DNA from: Candidatus Zixiibacteriota bacterium
GTDB taxonomy: Bacteria; Zixibacteria; MSB-5A5; GN15; FEB-12
Assembly (NCBI GenBank): GCA_022571985.1
Contig: JACZWU010000008.1
Location: 65,019-129,018 of the forward strand
DNA length: 64,000 bases
Reading direction: 5' to 3'
The notes under the pieces were generated by a model. That model was given only the letters and a program-made list of their open reading frames with translations. It did not search any database and was not told the DNA's origin. A program made the position numbers and the translations under genes. Below are positions 17,945 through 28,229 of the stretch, piece by piece. Each line of letters starts with the position of its first letter. Position 1 is the first letter of the stretch.

Positions 17945-20524
17945 ATGCTGTTGGACATAAAAATTAAATCAAAGTTTGCCGCTAAAACAACGCTCTGTCT
18001 TTTGATATGCTGCCTGTTGCTATTGCAATCAGCTGTTTTTGGACAAAAGGTAGAGAGAGAAGAAATTGTAGTTTCGTTTGTCAGCCGGGGATTATTTTCT
18101 GAAGAATTTTTTGTCCAGTACGACGGCGAACACATTTATCTGCCGCTGCTCGAGGTATTGAACGCTCTGGACATGCACGGGTCATTCGACCGGGCTAACC
18201 AGCGGGTCGAAGGATTTCTGTTTACACCCTCGGACAAATTCACGTTTGACTACAAAAAGCTCGAAGTCTCCTACGGCGGCAAAAAGCATGCGGTCAGCTA
18301 TAATCAATATATGGTCGAAAGCACTGACCTGTATTTGAGAGTTGACCAGTTTAAGCGCCTTTTTGGACTCCCCTTTGAATTCGATTTTACTGAATTGAGA
18401 GTCTCAATGCCCGCCGACAAGAGGTTACCGTCGTATCAGAAACTCATACGCAAACGCCTTCATGAAAAACTAAAACGAAAAGACAAAGAAATCGGGCCGG
18501 TTTATACACTGCCTCTTAAGCGCAGCTGGTTTTCAGGCGGCGCTTTGGATTGGCAGATCTCTAACAGTCTGGTAGGCAGGCAGAATCATTTTTACGGATT
18601 TGATCTGGGTTCATCTGTATTGGGAGGTGATCTGGTTTTTTCTGGCGGCGGCAGCAAGAGCCAGGGTTTTGATCCCGAGCAGATGCGCTACCGCTGGAAC
18701 TTTGCCTTCCAGGACAATAGTTATATATCCAAAGCTTCTTTAGGAGAAGTTTATACTGTAGGCGCCTTAGGCCGCAGCTTAAACGGAGCTATGGTGACCA
18801 ACCGGCCGCTGGTTCAGCGCCGCTATTACCAGAATATCATTGTCAGCGACTTTATCGGCCCCAACTGGGAAGTAGAGCTGTATATAGACAACGAGTTAGT
18901 GGATGTTGTGACCACTGATGCAAGAGGTGAATATAATTTCAATGTCGATTTGGTATATGGAAATACGCTGGTAACTTTGAAAATGTACGGACCTAATGGT
19001 GAAATCAAAAGCGAAGACAAATATTTCCTGGTTCCGTTTAACCTCATCCCCAAAGGTGAATTTGAGTACACCATAGCAGCCGGTGAAAGCGAAGTGCTCA
19101 GAGAAAACCGCCGCTATGCCCAGGCACAGGCGTTTTACGGGGTAAGCTCATGGCTAACAGCCGGTCTTGGACTGGAGCAGCCAATTGGTGCTGCTGAGGA
19201 CGAAAACTTCAGATTTGCCGGTGAGCTTGGTGTTCAAGTGGGCGGAGGACTAACCTTTAGTACAGCCATCGCGCCCAACCGGTCTATGGGTATTAACGGC
19301 GCTTTTAGCCGGTCATCTTCCTTCTCTATAGCAGCGGGTTTTACCAAGTACTGGCCGGACGAATTTTTTAATCCCTTTAATCGCGAGTACCGGGCGATTT
19401 TTTCGGCCAGCGCGCCTTTTAAGATCAAAAATACTCGTATGGGGATAAGATACTACGTATCAGTGGACAAATTTCCTGCGGTGCTGACAACCAATATGAA
19501 CTATGGAATATCCGGCTCAGCTGGACCGGTCAATCTAAATTTACTGGGGAAATTCAGCCAGTCCAAATATGAATCAAGAACAGTAAATGACCTGGTTAAC
19601 CAAATCTTTGCCACTGTTCACATATATAAATGGATTCGCCCGCAGTTTCGAGTCGCCTACAACCATAGTAAATCGATGCTTGACAAATATGGCATATATA
19701 TCGGACGGCGGGTCTTTAAAACCGCACAACTTTCTGTTTCCTACGAACGCAATGAAGCAATTAAAACTGACCAAATTCAGCTGACTTTTCACCTCTTTAC
19801 CGGTTTCTTGACTTCCACCACCCGGGCCATTTCTACCAATAGAGGCTCCACAGTTAGCCAGGTTCAGCGCGGCTCTATTCTTTACGATGGCAATACTCAT
19901 TCAATTCGTTTTGATCGCCGAAATAATGTCGGTTATGGATCTGCTGTTGTACGTCCGTACTTAGACCGGAATTATAATTCTCAAATGGACCCGGGCGAAG
20001 AGTGGCTGGAAGGTATCCGCCCCAAGATGAAAGGTCCGTCGGGAATTCCCTCGGGGAAAAACAATCTGCACTATTTTAACAGACTTCGTCCCTATGATAA
20101 TTACCTTATTCAGATAGACCAGTACAGTCTTGATGACCCGACCTTAAAAGCAGTGCATGAAAATTATATGGTAACAGTCGGGCCAAATGTGGTCACGGCG
20201 ATTGATGTAGCGGTGGTCGTAACCAGTGATATTTCGGGGACTGTCAACCGTCTCTTGCCGCAAGGCGGCGAAGTCGGTGTTGGCGGCATAAAAATTCGAA
20301 TTGTCAATATTACCACAGATGAACTGACCGAGTTAACGACTTTTAATGACGGCGAGTATTATTATCTGGGACTTACTCCCGGTTCCTATCGGGCTTATAT
20401 AGACCCCAAACAGCTGGAGCAGTACGGCTACAAGAGCAAACCCGGCGGCATAGATTTTATTATCGAACCGACCGAAGGCGGCACGTCGATAGAGGATATC
20501 AGCTTTAAGATAGTTTCGAAGTGA
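17945..20524 (+). CDS. usher-like outer-membrane protein with C-terminal carboxypeptidase-regulatory-like domain
   Basis: Signal peptide. LNGAMVTNRP.., then NWEVELYIDNELVDVVTTDARGEYNFNV..VTLKMYGPNGEIKSEDKYFLVPFNLIPKGEFEY parallels the conserved fimbrial-usher segment. The C-terminus ISGTVNR..GIKIRIVNITTDE..FNDGEYYYLGLTPGSYRAY is CarboxypepD_reg-like. Confidence 0.6.
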   Translation: MLLDIKIKSKFAAKTTLCLLICCLLLLQSAVFGQKVEREEIVVSFVSRGLFSEEFFVQYDGEHIYLPLLEVLNALDMHGSFDRANQRVEGFLFTPSDKFTFDYKKLEVSYGGKKHAVSYNQYMVESTDLYLRVDQFKRLFGLPFEFDFTELRVSMPADKRLPSYQKLIRKRLHEKLKRKDKEIGPVYTLPLKRSWFSGGALDWQISNSLVGRQNHFYGFDLGSSVLGGDLVFSGGGSKSQGFDPEQMRYRWNFAFQDNSYISKASLGEVYTVGALGRSLNGAMVTNRPLVQRRYYQNIIVSDFIGPNWEVELYIDNELVDVVTTDARGEYNFNVDLVYGNTLVTLKMYGPNGEIKSEDKYFLVPFNLIPKGEFEYTIAAGESEVLRENRRYAQAQAFYGVSSWLTAGLGLEQPIGAAEDENFRFAGELGVQVGGGLTFSTAIAPNRSMGINGAFSRSSSFSIAAGFTKYWPDEFFNPFNREYRAIFSASAPFKIKNTRMGIRYYVSVDKFPAVLTTNMNYGISGSAGPVNLNLLGKFSQSKYESRTVNDLVNQIFATVHIYKWIRPQFRVAYNHSKSMLDKYGIYIGRRVFKTAQLSVSYERNEAIKTDQIQLTFHLFTGFLTSTTRAISTNRGSTVSQVQRGSILYDGNTHSIRFDRRNNVGYGSAVVRPYLDRNYNSQMDPGEEWLEGIRPKMKGPSGIPSGKNNLHYFNRLRPYDNYLIQIDQYSLDDPTLKAVHENYMVTVGPNVVTAIDVAVVVTSDISGTVNRLLPQGGEVGVGGIKIRIVNITTDELTELTTFNDGEYYYLGLTPGSYRAYIDPKQLEQYGYKSKPGGIDFIIEPTEGGTSIEDISFKIVSK

Positions 20525-20623
20525 TATTTCTGCGTTAAGGGGGATAGAAACCCACCATAAATGATGGGCCACACCGGCGAGACGTCTGCCGCCTAAGTAA
20601 AATGCCAAAACATCTCAATTCTA

Positions 20624-21649
20624 TTAATCTTCGGGACTCCAACCATAAACGAAAACCTTATGACTAGCGACATCTGTAATTTTATAACCTGCAACATCAT
20701 AAGGGTTCATAGTTTCGGAAATATGCTCAGTTGACACCCGGCTGACATCGTCACTGAGCAGATATAGCAGTTTTGAACTGCCGCTGATCGCTAATATTTG
20801 TCTTGTTGAAGTCGTGGTAATATAGACGACATCAATTCCAAGCACAGCGGGGATATTATTGTAAATCCTTTTAAGTTGGCCGAATCGATCGAAAACCTGG
20901 ACTCTGTTATTTCCATTATCGGATACAGCTACAAAATCAAAGGTGGTAGGTTCTCTCAGTTTGAATCCAACGGCTACATCAATCGGATTTTGAAATTCAC
21001 CCTCTGAATTTCCAAACTTACCCCAAGTCCTCAAAAAGTTTCCCATGCTGTCAAAAACTTGTATTCGGTGGTTGCCAGAATCGACAACGTAAATATTGCC
21101 TTCAAAATCTATATCGATACCTGATGGGGTATCGAATTGTCCCGGACCATTTCCAAATGATCCCCAAGCGAGAACAGGAACACCCATTAGATCAAGCTTT
21201 TGAATTCGATGATTCTTAGAGTCTGCAACATAAATGTACATATTGTCCCTGGGAACAAATGGACCAATACCAAGGACTGTTTGTGTCAGCGTTAAGTCTT
21301 TAGGCCGATTAAACTGACCCAACCCGTTGCCCGAATCGCCGATCGACTCTATAAACTTTCTGCCATTCTCCCAACCCCATACAGAGATTCTGTTGTTTGC
21401 GTAGTCAGCAATATATGTTCTTATTCCTATAGAATCAGAGATCTTTCTTAGCGCTATTCCCATAGGAGAATTGAATTGTGCATTACCTGAACCAAATTCT
21501 CCAAAAGACTCAAAAAGTTGAAATCTTTGGTCCGGGTGATTTGGATAGAAACACCCAAAAGCAAACATTGCAATCAGAATACTTGGTATAAGAAACTTAC
21601 TACAAGCTATTCTGCTGTTCTTTCTAGTTAATACGGCCAAAATTTCCAC
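20624..21649 (-). CDS. NHL-repeat beta-propeller (lipo)protein
   Basis: Repeated NNRISVW / NHRIQKLD / NHRIQVFD / NNRVQVFD blades. The N-terminal hydrophobic segment ends in FGC. Confidence 0.8.
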   Translation of the reverse strand: MEILAVLTRKNSRIACSKFLIPSILIAMFAFGCFYPNHPDQRFQLFESFGEFGSGNAQFNSPMGIALRKISDSIGIRTYIADYANNRISVWGWENGRKFIESIGDSGNGLGQFNRPKDLTLTQTVLGIGPFVPRDNMYIYVADSKNHRIQKLDLMGVPVLAWGSFGNGPGQFDTPSGIDIDFEGNIYVVDSGNHRIQVFDSMGNFLRTWGKFGNSEGEFQNPIDVAVGFKLREPTTFDFVAVSDNGNNRVQVFDRFGQLKRIYNNIPAVLGIDVVYITTTSTRQILAISGSSKLLYLLSDDVSRVSTEHISETMNPYDVAGYKITDVASHKVFVYGWSPED

Positions 21650-21970
21650 CTCACTCTTCCTGTTGGGTCTCTCCTAAATTCCTCAAGATAACCTTCAAAC
21701 TCGTATTTGTTTCCCCTACTTGCTCTCCAAGCAATTTGAAGAGGGCGTGTCGTTCACTGTTGCAAGCTGCCTGTCCACTCCTCAGAACTGTGAAAAGGAA
21801 AGGGCTGAATATATCCAGACCTTTATCAAATTAACGAACAAGTGTCCAAATTGTTTAGTAAATAATGATTATCTCCCAAACTTGACGAAATCTCAAAATT
21901 GAGTATCTTTGACTAATTGCTAACCTTAATTAAAAGGCTGCTGACTATCCTGTTGTTTGTATCATAATAT

Positions 21971-22555
21971 ATGGCTGAGAACACTACTTTCAGATTTTTA
22001 GGCGGCCTCCTGCGTAATCCTCAACATATCGGCGCCATAGCCCCCAGTTCAGAGAAACTGGCTATGGCTATGGTAAAAGATCTGGAGCTGCATTCGGGCG
22101 AACTGATAATTGAACTGGGCCCGGGGACCGGAGCCTTTACAAAGCAGATCAGCAAGATAATCCCTGAAGGTGCCTCTTATTTAGGAATTGAGCGAGACCC
22201 AAAATTTGTGCGTCTTTTGCAGGAACGTTTCCCCCATTTGACATTCGTTAGCGGAAACGCCGAAAATTTATTCGACCTTCGTAACGGTTACAGCAGTATG
22301 AAAACGCGAGTGATAATATCCGGTCTGCCCTTTTCAATTCAAGTCGGCGAAGTTCGCGATAATATCATAGACGGAATTGACAAGCTGATGACACCTGGAT
22401 CGGTCTTTCGGACAATGCAGTATTTGCACGCTTATCCGATTCCTTCGGCGACAAGGTTCCGCCGGCGCATGACTGAAGTATTCGGTGATTTTCATAGAAG
22501 CAAAGTTATAATTCCAAATTTGCCCCCTGCCTTTGTGCTCACCTGGAAAAGGTAA
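21971..22555 (+). CDS. class I SAM-dependent methyltransferase (phospholipid N-methyltransferase-like)
   Basis: NPQHIGAIAPSS N-terminal motif and IIELGPGTGAFT SAM motif I. Confidence 0.75.
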   Translation: MAENTTFRFLGGLLRNPQHIGAIAPSSEKLAMAMVKDLELHSGELIIELGPGTGAFTKQISKIIPEGASYLGIERDPKFVRLLQERFPHLTFVSGNAENLFDLRNGYSSMKTRVIISGLPFSIQVGEVRDNIIDGIDKLMTPGSVFRTMQYLHAYPIPSATRFRRRMTEVFGDFHRSKVIIPNLPPAFVLTWKR

Positions 22556-22567
22556 GATCAAGCTAGC

Positions 22568-25024
22568 TTAACTCGAGATTGATTTTATCGATCTAGTTCG
22601 ACCTTGCGTCCCACTCTTTCTTGATATACCAATTTTCAAAAATTCAGCTAATTTTGAAAGCGAATGAAAAAGGGTGTAGTTGCCCCAAACTTTGCGCATG
22701 CCGTTTTGAATGTACGACAGTCTCTCGTCTGGGTTACTTAAGAAGTGCTCAAACATTTCTTTATACTCCTGCGGGGAGTCAGCTACCGCCATTTCGCTGG
22801 CATCAAAAAGTTCTTTCATAGCGGCCGGATTGTCAACCAGTTCGAATCCGCCGCAGGCTGGAATTATGAAAGTTCGTTCGTTGACTTCGTCGAATCTTTC
22901 GTACTGCGACTCAAGATGAAAATTGGGGAGAATTTTAGCAAAGTTGTAGAGTAGGCTTGAGTCTGAAACAGAAAGTTCACCGATGCCCCGGCTCCAGCCG
23001 GTGCCTGCAATGATACCGCGGTAGTTATTTACAACAGGCATCAGGAGTTTGCCGCTTTGCTCAGTTTTTAGCTGTGAATTTGTGCCGACAAAAAAGAAAT
23101 CCCAGACCTGTCTGGCCGGACGCAGGTAATGCTGATTTGGATTAATACCAAACGGAATTGAAATCAGCGGCTTTTCTAAGCGATCAAATCTTTTATCAGC
23201 AGCGGGATTTAAATGAAAGGTTAACAAAAAATCGCACAAGTCATAGCTGTCTTGTAGATTCGTGATATGACCGATTCTTAATTCGTGCTGCTGATAATTT
23301 GCTATGAATTTCATATCCAGCTTGTCGATATAGGCCGGATCACCTACGGTGATAAAGACTGTCGGCTGAAATGATTGAAATTTTTCTTTAGTATTGTCAT
23401 GCCAGTCAAGCAGCGATGTTTGAACACCCATGATATTGAATGTCTCGGCCCAGCTATCAAACAGATATTTAATGGCGCCGTTATTCGGGCGGTGCAGCAA
23501 AATTCTTTGGCCACAAGCCTGGTAGCAGTTTGCAAAATCTCGAAAAGCCTGATCCCGCAAAGAACGGTTTTCGTTCATTAGCTCCTGTCGGGATTCATCG
23601 ACATAGTTCTTAGATGTCCAATGAGCGCTCCGGATTATAGCAGCAGACTGGTTTGTGTCTAATAATATATGGGGCGCCATAGCGCCATACAGCTCCAGAA
23701 CATTATTGTGAGCATCTGCCATATGAGGATCAGCTTGCAGAGCCTTGTTAAAGGCACCGGCAGATTCGGTAAGCTTCCCCTGTGCATATAGCAGCACTCC
23801 GGCATTGTTTAATGTTTCCGGGTCATCGGGGTCAAGCTCTAAAGCCTTGAGACAAAAGTTTTCTGCATCTGCGACAGCGCCTGAGGAAAAATTTGTTTCG
23901 CTTAAACCTCGCAGCGCCGCGGTTGATTTAGGACATATTTCCAGCGCCTTGTGAAATTTTGTTTGTGCCTGGTCAAAATTGCCAAGCCTCAAAAGCTTTT
24001 GCCCTTCGACAACTTCGCTGTCAGACTTAAGTCTTATCAGCAGCTCTGATATTTCTTTTTCGAATCTCGGTGAATATTTCAAAGAGTCTTCGGCAAATTC
24101 TCGAATCGCCCTGTCAAAGCGCCAGAGATTTTGTTCGGTCTCTTCTTTCGAGTTTTGATTTTTAAAGAGTTCCGGGATATGAAAATCTTTTTTGGCTGTG
24201 TATAGATTGTCTGCCAGTAGAAAATATTTGGCCGCTTTGTAAGCGTTGGTTCCTGATTTGAATTGCTGCAGCATCGGATGCTTTAGATAAATTCTTTCGT
24301 CGATATTCTCTGCGAAGTACTTTTTTATGGCCAGAATTCGCTCAATCTGCCAGACGATATTGCAGCTATTGTTGTCACCGTGTACGCGCCAGTTTAGCCC
24401 GACAGCTGAGATGATTTTAACCGAAGGCCGACAGAGCATGCCTTTAATTGTAAACCAGATATCGGCGCCGCCACCGTACTCGAAAGGTTTGAACTTTAGT
24501 TTATGATCCTGCAGGAATTTTGTTCTAAAAAGACCGTTATGCGGCATGGCTACCGAACAGAATTGCCAGGACCGATAAAGAGCGCTGTCAGAGTCGGTCT
24601 CCCAGTCGTCGTAGTGCCACTGCAGCAGCTGATGACCGTCTTTGCTAACTATATTTAAGCTGCCGCAAATCCAGTCCAGAGATTTGTCCTGGCGACATTC
24701 GTTTATCATTCGCTCAAAATAATCAGTTTCAATGAAGTCATCGCTGTCGAGCCGATAGAAATAATCTCCTCTGGCCTCTGCTATCGCTCTATTTATCGTT
24801 TCGTGTACGGCCTTAGAGCCGTGGTTTTGCTGGTGCCGGATTAAATTAATGTTATCGCCGAAAGATTTTAAGATATCAAATGTTCTGTCGGTGGAGCAGT
24901 CATCATATACAAATATTTCAAAAGTTTTGTAAGATTGATTTAAAACCGAGTCGATAGCCTGGCGGACGTAATCTTCGTGATTATAGCTGGTGATGCAAAC
25001 AGTAATTTTGGGTTCGAAACTCAT
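22568..25024 (-). CDS. three-part glycosyltransferase: GT2 domain - TPR repeats - CgeB-like C-terminal glycosyltransferase domain
   Basis: ITVCITSYNHEDYVRQAIDSVLNQSY plus the DSDD motif (GT2). A central TPR segment follows (ALELDPDDPETLNNAGVLLYAQGKL..). The C-terminal about 300 aa resemble the CgeB/DUF3880-type GT1-like domain. Confidence 0.75.
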   Translation of the reverse strand: MSFEPKITVCITSYNHEDYVRQAIDSVLNQSYKTFEIFVYDDCSTDRTFDILKSFGDNINLIRHQQNHGSKAVHETINRAIAEARGDYFYRLDSDDFIETDYFERMINECRQDKSLDWICGSLNIVSKDGHQLLQWHYDDWETDSDSALYRSWQFCSVAMPHNGLFRTKFLQDHKLKFKPFEYGGGADIWFTIKGMLCRPSVKIISAVGLNWRVHGDNNSCNIVWQIERILAIKKYFAENIDERIYLKHPMLQQFKSGTNAYKAAKYFLLADNLYTAKKDFHIPELFKNQNSKEETEQNLWRFDRAIREFAEDSLKYSPRFEKEISELLIRLKSDSEVVEGQKLLRLGNFDQAQTKFHKALEICPKSTAALRGLSETNFSSGAVADAENFCLKALELDPDDPETLNNAGVLLYAQGKLTESAGAFNKALQADPHMADAHNNVLELYGAMAPHILLDTNQSAAIIRSAHWTSKNYVDESRQELMNENRSLRDQAFRDFANCYQACGQRILLHRPNNGAIKYLFDSWAETFNIMGVQTSLLDWHDNTKEKFQSFQPTVFITVGDPAYIDKLDMKFIANYQQHELRIGHITNLQDSYDLCDFLLTFHLNPAADKRFDRLEKPLISIPFGINPNQHYLRPARQVWDFFFVGTNSQLKTEQSGKLLMPVVNNYRGIIAGTGWSRGIGELSVSDSSLLYNFAKILPNFHLESQYERFDEVNERTFIIPACGGFELVDNPAAMKELFDASEMAVADSPQEYKEMFEHFLSNPDERLSYIQNGMRKVWGNYTLFHSLSKLAEFLKIGISRKSGTQGRTRSIKSISS

Positions 25025-25032
25025 GAACAGTC

Positions 25033-25896
25033 TTATTCGTGGTCGGTGGCTGTCTTATGAATCTCTGCATAGGTCGGCTGGTATTTGTGATTATCCGGAA
25101 TGTCTATTGTGACCATACTTGAGCAGCCGATTAAGACATTGTTGCCGATTTTGATTTTGTCTCTCAGCATCGCTTTGGGTGCGATCCAGCAGTCTCTGCC
25201 GATTTGTACACCGCCTGAGATCGAAACGCCCGCCATGATTCTGGTGCCGCTGGCGATTGTTACGTTGTGCGCAATCTGAACCATGTTATCGATACGGATA
25301 TTGCTTTCTAATATGGTGTCGCCAAAAGTGCCGCAGTCTATGACCGAGCCGGGGCCAATTTCGACGTTGTTGCCTATGGTGACTCCGCCAAAGTGCGGCA
25401 TCGAAATAAATTCTCCACCAGAGTCGCGGGAAAAACCAAAGCCGGCATCGCCTATTACAGCGTTGGCAGCTATTATGCAATTGTCGCCGATTCTGACATT
25501 GTCATAGACAATCGCGCCAGCTTGAATAAAACTGTTTTTGGGCTGACTGCCGTCAGGATTGCGCCTCCATCGCTTTTGGGGCTGCATCATGTTGCCATAT
25601 TTTCTACGAGCGATTTGCGAGAACAACAGTTGCGGGTCGTCTGCTAAGACAATAGTCTTGCCTGTTATATTTTTTGATTCAATTTCACGTTTTAGATCAA
25701 AGAGGCAGACAACAACAGTTGCCGGACTTTGGACGATCGTATCGATGTCCCTGCCGCTGTAAAAAGCGAATACCCCCCTATCTGTAATCGAGCCAGGGCG
25801 ATTGGGGAAATTTATTGAAAAAAAGAGATTGTCGATATCGCCTCTGTCAATCAGAATAGCTGCACCACCTGAGTTTCCGTTTATTCTGCCAGACAT
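25033..25896 (-). CDS. LpxD-like left-handed beta-helix N-acyltransferase
   Basis: Long hexapeptide-repeat run (IGDNCIIAANAVIGD..IGNNVEIGPGSVID..IAHNVTIASGTRI..IGRDCWI..IGNNVLIG). Confidence 0.8.
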   Translation of the reverse strand: MSGRINGNSGGAAILIDRGDIDNLFFSINFPNRPGSITDRGVFAFYSGRDIDTIVQSPATVVVCLFDLKREIESKNITGKTIVLADDPQLLFSQIARRKYGNMMQPQKRWRRNPDGSQPKNSFIQAGAIVYDNVRIGDNCIIAANAVIGDAGFGFSRDSGGEFISMPHFGGVTIGNNVEIGPGSVIDCGTFGDTILESNIRIDNMVQIAHNVTIASGTRIMAGVSISGGVQIGRDCWIAPKAMLRDKIKIGNNVLIGCSSMVTIDIPDNHKYQPTYAEIHKTATDHE

Positions 25897-27035
25897 GTTT
25901 CAAATTCTGCTGTGTGTGGTTCTTCGTAGGATTTTGGATTTATCAGGTCTAACAAAGTTTCTGCAGCTCTTCGCGCTTCCTCTTTTGTCATAGCCGCATG
26001 CAGGGGCAGTGCCAGCCCCTGCTCATTAAGTTCGGTCGCTACCGGACAAGTATCTGATGTTTTTGAAAATATCGGCAGCCGGTGCGCTGCCGGTGAGCCT
26101 GTATTTGTTTCTATTTTAAATTCTGCCATTCGCGCTATAATTTTATCACGGTCAATGTCATTGTCTAATAGAACCATCAGTGTTTGAATAGCCTTTGCAG
26201 CATCTTCCGAACACTCTGAGTTCAACAGGTAATCAGGGAAACTTATGCCATCCTGCCCGTCCAGTACTTCCAGATATATTTCTATGATATATTTTCTCTT
26301 TGAGAGGATTGATTTTAGTTTGCCCAATTGCACCAGACCAATCGCGGCTTGAATATCTGTCATGCGGTAATTTAATCCGGCTGAATTAAGATTACCGTGG
26401 TTTCTTAGCGCTCGGCATTTTTCGGCAAACTCAGTGCTGTCTGTGATAATGGCACCACCCTCGCCGGTAGTAATAATTTTACGCGGATGGAAACTGAATA
26501 CTCCTGCTAATCCAAAAGTACCGACCTGCTGTCCGCTTATTTTTGTGCCCAGTGCACAGGCGGAGTCTTCGATTACTATCAGATCATATTTGTTTGCAAT
26601 CTTCAGTATCTCTTTGATATCACAAGGCGCTCCAAACTGATGGACCGGAACGATTGCTTTTACTCTGATGCCATCTGAAATTGACTGTTCGATTATCTTC
26701 TCAAGCAGATCGACATTTAAATTGTAATCAGATATTTTTGAATCAACGAATATCGGTTTTGCTCCAAGCAGATGCGCGATATTGGCAGCCGCTGGCCAGG
26801 CGAAACTTGGAATTATTATTCCATCCCCTTGGCTGAAACTCAAGGCCATAAAGCAGATGTGAAGAGCTGCTGTGCCTGAGGTTACTGCGATACAATGTCT
26901 GGCACCGCAGTAATCGGCTATATTAGATTCAAAATCGGCCACTTGCTTTCCCTGCATTATCCAGCCTGAGTCTAAGACTCTGCCGACGGCTTCTTTTTCT
27001 TTTTCGTCGAAAAATGGTTTGGCTAATGATATCAT
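25881..27035 (-). CDS. DegT/DnrJ/EryC1/StrS-family sugar aminotransferase (PLP-dependent)
   Basis: VIEDSACALG and FSFHPRKIITTGEGG (PLP lysine) motifs. It overlaps both neighbours, which suggests an operon. Confidence 0.85.
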   Translation of the reverse strand: MISLAKPFFDEKEKEAVGRVLDSGWIMQGKQVADFESNIADYCGARHCIAVTSGTAALHICFMALSFSQGDGIIIPSFAWPAAANIAHLLGAKPIFVDSKISDYNLNVDLLEKIIEQSISDGIRVKAIVPVHQFGAPCDIKEILKIANKYDLIVIEDSACALGTKISGQQVGTFGLAGVFSFHPRKIITTGEGGAIITDSTEFAEKCRALRNHGNLNSAGLNYRMTDIQAAIGLVQLGKLKSILSKRKYIIEIYLEVLDGQDGISFPDYLLNSECSEDAAKAIQTLMVLLDNDIDRDKIIARMAEFKIETNTGSPAAHRLPIFSKTSDTCPVATELNEQGLALPLHAAMTKEEARRAAETLLDLINPKSYEEPHTAEFETCLAE

Positions 27036-28054
27036 GAAACTTCTGTTAACTCTGTGTCGGGTATTCTGTTCTTTTTGTCAGTCTGTTTTTCTGAGCTGCT
27101 CAGCCGCCGGTAGTAATCGGCGGTAAGATTTATGCCTTGCTCTAAATCGGTCTTTGCTTCAAAACCAATCAGCCTTTTGGCTTTTTCTACGCCGGGGACG
27201 CGAAGCTCTACGTCAGGACCTGATCGTGTGACAAATTTAATTTTCGAGTCTCCGCCTACTACTCTCAAGATAGTTTGCGCTAAGCCATAGACGGTTATTA
27301 CCGCTCGGGCGTTACCGATATTAAATGATTCACCAACTGCTGCCGGATGGGCTATGGCGATCAAAAGACCATCGACAAAATCTTCGATATAACACCAGGC
27401 GCGTATCTGGTTGCCGTCGCCGTGAATAAGCAGGTCTTCGTTATTTATTGCTCTGCGAATAAAAGTAGTCATAGCGCCTTCTCCTACCTGACCCGGACCA
27501 TAGACATTAAACGGCCGCACACTTACTGTCGGCATATTAAATTCCTGATGGTAGGCTTTGGTCAGATGCTCGGCGGCAAGTTTACTTACGGCATAAGTCC
27601 AGCGTGCTTCACCGACAGCGCCAATACTGGTGTTATCGGATTCTTCGGAACGGAATGCTTCGCGCCCGAAAACTTCGCTGGTTGAAAAATTTACAAACCG
27701 TTCTAAGTTGCTAAGCGTGGCCGCTGCTTCGATAACTTTGGCAGTGCCCACCATGTTGGAGCGCATTGTTTCGGTGGGATGTTTTATTACTGTATCTATC
27801 CCGGCTACTGCGGCACAGTGAACGACAATATTAGAACCCGTAATTGCCTGGTGCAATTTGGGGTAGTCGAGAATGTCGCCGTCTACGACCGTCAAATTCG
27901 GATGGGTAGCAAACGAGTTTTGTTTTAGAGAATTTCTTCTAAAATTATCGTAGATGACAATCTTGTTTTTCTCTACCAATCGCCCTGTTAATTTTGAACC
28001 GATGAATCCGGCACCGCCAGTAATGAAAATCTGTTTGTTTTCGATTTTGAGCAC
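27032..28054 (-). CDS. NAD-dependent sugar epimerase/dehydratase (SDR family)
   Basis: ITGGAGFIGS Rossmann motif and YAVSK catalytic motif. ORF 27032..28117 trimmed to the GTG at 28054, 4 nt after GAGGAGG. The start is uncertain. Confidence 0.8.
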   Translation of the reverse strand: MLKIENKQIFITGGAGFIGSKLTGRLVEKNKIVIYDNFRRNSLKQNSFATHPNLTVVDGDILDYPKLHQAITGSNIVVHCAAVAGIDTVIKHPTETMRSNMVGTAKVIEAAATLSNLERFVNFSTSEVFGREAFRSEESDNTSIGAVGEARWTYAVSKLAAEHLTKAYHQEFNMPTVSVRPFNVYGPGQVGEGAMTTFIRRAINNEDLLIHGDGNQIRAWCYIEDFVDGLLIAIAHPAAVGESFNIGNARAVITVYGLAQTILRVVGGDSKIKFVTRSGPDVELRVPGVEKAKRLIGFEAKTDLEQGINLTADYYRRLSSSEKQTDKKNRIPDTELTEVS

Positions 28055-28229
28055 ACGTCCTCCTCTTGCTGTCACAATTATAGTAAAAGCAAGCTCAATG
28101 CCGACAAAAGGTGACATAGCTAAGTATCTGCTATTCTTGAGATTAGGGCAATAGGCTGTATGTATTTGGGGACGCTTTTAAGCCAAAATTGGAAGTAATT
28201 TCCGGCAGGATTTGAAAGAATTTCTGACT

